DNA of 41,094 bases from Promethearchaeota archaeon (lineage in GTDB: Archaea; Asgardarchaeota; Lokiarchaeia; Sigyniarchaeales; SOKP01). Of this stretch, positions 35,769-41,094 are shown in pieces (the stretch's first letter is position 1; each line of letters starts with the position of its first letter). The notes beneath the pieces were generated by a model. It had not been told where the DNA came from. It worked only from the letters and a program-made list of their open reading frames with translations, and did no database searches. The DNA is taken from contig JAUWHC010000001.1 in assembly GCA_030606095.1 (NCBI GenBank), positions 1-41,094 of the forward strand, given 5' to 3'. The translations under genes were made by a program, and so were the position numbers.

Positions 35769-36647
35769 TTAATTTAAAAATTTATCTAAACCTGTTTGGC
35801 CTCTTGAATAAGTACCAGACTTTTTCTTTATATCTAATATTCTAACTTGTTCAGGTTCCTTTCTAGGATTTAGATTTAACTCGCGCATCATCATTAAAGA
35901 ATTCTTCGTAGCATACCCCGAAAAATGATTGTTAAAATAAATCCCAACTCTATCAACTTTTTGAACTACATCTCTTATTGAAATTGCCCATTTCTTAATC
36001 TCCTCTTCTTTGAAATAATAATTAAACCAAATTTTTTGCCCATAACCATGAAACCTAATATACGCAAATTTTGGATTTGTAATGTCCATTCTAGGAGGCA
36101 ATAATGGCTCAATAACAGCACAATACGTAAGCGAATTTCTCTTTAAATACTTAAAAACATCAGCATCCATCCAAGATTCGTGCCTAAATTCTATAATCAA
36201 ATTATATCCTTCCCGTTCTGGATTACCTGGCCAATTTTCAATAAAATCTTTTAAATTATCGTAATGCTCCTCTTTATTAAAGGAAGGAGGTAATTGTATT
36301 AAAAACCCTAATAACTTCTTGGATTCTATTAAAGGGCTCATCGATTCTAAAAAATAATCCAGATCGTTTAAACATAAATTAATATCTAACTTATGTTCGT
36401 GAGTAATCTTTCTGTGAAGTTTCGCAGTAAACAAGAAATCTGAGGGAGTCTTGTCTCTCCAGCGGGTTACGACTAATTTCGAAGGAATGTTGTAAAATGT
36501 AGTGTTTATCTCGTTCGTGTAAAATATTTCCGAATAATACGAAAGATAATCCTCCTTTTTCAAACTCCTAGGATAAAATGGCCCTACCCACTCATCATAA
36601 CCCCATCCCGAAGTCCCTATCAAAATCTTATTTTCATTTATTTCCAT
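35769..36647 (-). CDS. DUF72-family protein
   Basis: IGTSGWGYDEWVGPFYP, NTTFY and RFHG are characteristic DUF72 segments. Confidence 0.8.
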   Translation of the reverse strand: MEINENKILIGTSGWGYDEWVGPFYPRSLKKEDYLSYYSEIFYTNEINTTFYNIPSKLVVTRWRDKTPSDFLFTAKLHRKITHEHKLDINLCLNDLDYFLESMSPLIESKKLLGFLIQLPPSFNKEEHYDNLKDFIENWPGNPEREGYNLIIEFRHESWMDADVFKYLKRNSLTYCAVIEPLLPPRMDITNPKFAYIRFHGYGQKIWFNYYFKEEEIKKWAISIRDVVQKVDRVGIYFNNHFSGYATKNSLMMMRELNLNPRKEPEQVRILDIKKKSGTYSRGQTGLDKFLN

Positions 36648-36680
36648 TATTAATAAAACAAAAAAATTAATTATTATTAA

Positions 36681-36750
36681 TCAGATACTTAGATACTTTA
36701 ATACTTAAATATTCAGATATCTAGATATTCAGATTTTTCAGACATTCTAA
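36681..36750. repeat. Degenerate short tandem repeats (agataYtt / ttcagaYaT units) in a ~450-nt non-coding spacer
   Basis: tcagatactt-agatacttt-aatacttaaatat-tcagatatct-agatat-tcagattt-ttcagacatt read directly from the sequence. Confidence 0.5.
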
Positions 36751-37107
36751 GTAAACCTTGTAATATTAATATTACTCACTTTTTTTAAAAGAGCCCTTAA
36801 ATGAATTTTTAATTTCTTAATCAATATTTAAATTTTATTTAATTATGATTTTTCCAATATAACTATCGCTAAAAAAATTATTAAACTTCTGCTTATTAAT
36901 CCATTAGGATCTTATTATTTGCCAAATGAAAGAACACTCCTTCCTTTTAAAGTTTATGAATCCCGACCATAAAATTTTTAATTAATAAATTACTCTAATA
37001 TTTCGTCGATGGATTTTTAATTTGTGATTTAAATTTATCCCTATTAACATCGTCGCGTTATTGGCTGAGAAAAATATCTCATCGTTTAGCGATGATATAC
37101 CATCAAT

Positions 37108-37309
37108 AACAGGTACCGGCCTCATGGAAGTTTATCAGAAGTGACTTCGGTCAAAATGCCTGATAATACAGGAAATAAGTGCCTAAAACGACCAATTCCT
37201 CGGTTGTTTAAGGGTTCCGGACCAAGCACAGACGCAACGAAAAACGAAAACGAACATAAAACGAACAGAACAAACAAGACAACAAACACAAACAACAAAA
37301 CGAAAAGCG
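37108..37309 (+). other. Putative pre-23S 5' leader: a GC-rich multi-hairpin module followed by a nearly T-free A/C-rich tract
   Basis: Stems ttatcag/ctgataa (perfect 7 bp) enclosing a tgac-ttcg-gtca hairpin; aaacgacc/ggttgttt; outer ggtaccgg/ccggacc. Then 37237-37309 (acgaa repeats) contains a single T in 73 nt. Confidence 0.4.
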
Positions 37310-37317
37310 TGCTCATA

Positions 37318-37440
37318 AGAACATACTCCCCATAGATATATAATATATAATATTTTCGTCTCAATTTTTAATTTCAATTTTCAAATATTTATTGTCTCTG
37401 AATACACAAGTCTTTTCACAAGCAATCTGAATCTTTCCTC
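37318..37440 (+). promoter_or_regulatory. 5' strand of the 23S rRNA processing stem
   Basis: It pairs with 40785-40900. Examples: agaacatactccc (37318-30) with gggggtatgttct (40888-900), 13 bp; tctcaatttt (37359-68) with gaaattgaga (40851-60); ctgaatctt (37427-35) with aaggttcag (40794-802); tcctc (37436-40) with gagga (40785-89). Confidence 0.7.
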
Positions 37441-37444
37441 AAGT

Positions 37445-40780
<3,336 letters not shown>

Positions 40781-40784
40781 GAAA

Positions 40785-40900
40785 GAGGAGCTCAAGGTTC
40801 AGGCTTAGAGTGAATTAGGTTTGTGTGAATGGCAGACGATAATTTGTTTCGAAATTGAGAGGTGAGATGAGTTAGATGTATTGTAGAGGGGGTATGTTCT
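40785..40900 (+). promoter_or_regulatory. 3' strand of the 23S rRNA processing stem
   Basis: G/U-rich complement of 37318-37440 (see the 5' strand feature). Confidence 0.7.
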
Positions 40901-40936
40901 GGAGTTTTTAACTCCACATTTTTTATTTTTTATTAT
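40901..40936 (+). terminator. Hairpin plus oligo-T transcription terminator after the 23S unit
   Basis: ggagt-tttta-actcc hairpin (40901-15) followed by acattttttattttttatt. Confidence 0.55.
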
Positions 40937-40999
40937 TATTTTTAATATTTCACTAATTAATTTTATATCAATAATCATCTATAATAAAGATAAGAAATA

Positions 41000-41094
41000 A
41001 TGGTAAATATAAGAAATCTGAAGGAAAACGAAATTCCTAGGTTGTTATACCTCGATCAAAATCATTGGGTAGAATTAGAAAAAGTTGAATATCA
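41000..41094 (+). CDS. 5' end of an ORF running off the window (possibly a GNAT acetyltransferase)
   Basis: ATG at 41000; MVNIRNLKENEIPRLLYLDQNHWVELEKVEY... Only 31 codons are visible. Confidence 0.3.
   Translation, partial: MVNIRNLKENEIPRLLYLDQNHWVELEKVEY

Noticed and set aside
37108-37228. Possible 5S rRNA (about 120 nt, GC-rich, structured) upstream of the 23S
   Set aside because: It lacks the conserved 5S blocks (ccgaac...ggaagttaagc, loop E region). It is kept only as an unexplained structured leader element.

Overview
This is an AT-rich archaeal chromosomal segment; only the RNA genes are GC-rich. Gene content points to an Asgard (Lokiarchaeia-like) genome. Archaeal information-processing genes are present: TFB, RpoP, aSUI1, aIF2-beta, aRF1, RPA, FtsZ and an NMD3/Rio1/KH ribosome-biogenesis operon. 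Mixed among them are eukaryote-signature-type proteins: a Rab/Ras-like small GTPase, a profilin-like protein, a RING/PHD-like cross-brace zinc finger, an RPA32-like OB+WH protein and PAC2 (possibly also PAC4) proteasome chaperones. Metabolic genes include the archaeal CoA pathway (PoK, PPS, PanE), MfnB, ProC, PyrH and a DhnA-type aldolase. No CRISPR arrays, transposases or integrases were seen. The most unusual signals are at the RNA and translation level. (1) All four tRNA genes are interrupted by introns away from the canonical 37/38 site: one in tRNA-Glu, three in tRNA-Asn, two in tRNA-Leu and one in the T-loop of initiator tRNA-Met. (2) A stand-alone 23S rRNA gene of about 3.3 kb has no 16S or 5S neighbour. 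It is enclosed by an imperfect processing stem of about 120 nt and carries large insertions at the ES9 and ES39 sites plus a smaller one in H91. (3) In two conserved genes (aSUI1 and a DhnA-type aldolase) the conserved N-terminus lies upstream of any AUG/GUG/UUG, implying AUU/AUA initiation. All homology calls come from reading motifs by eye and from memory of the families; no searches were run.
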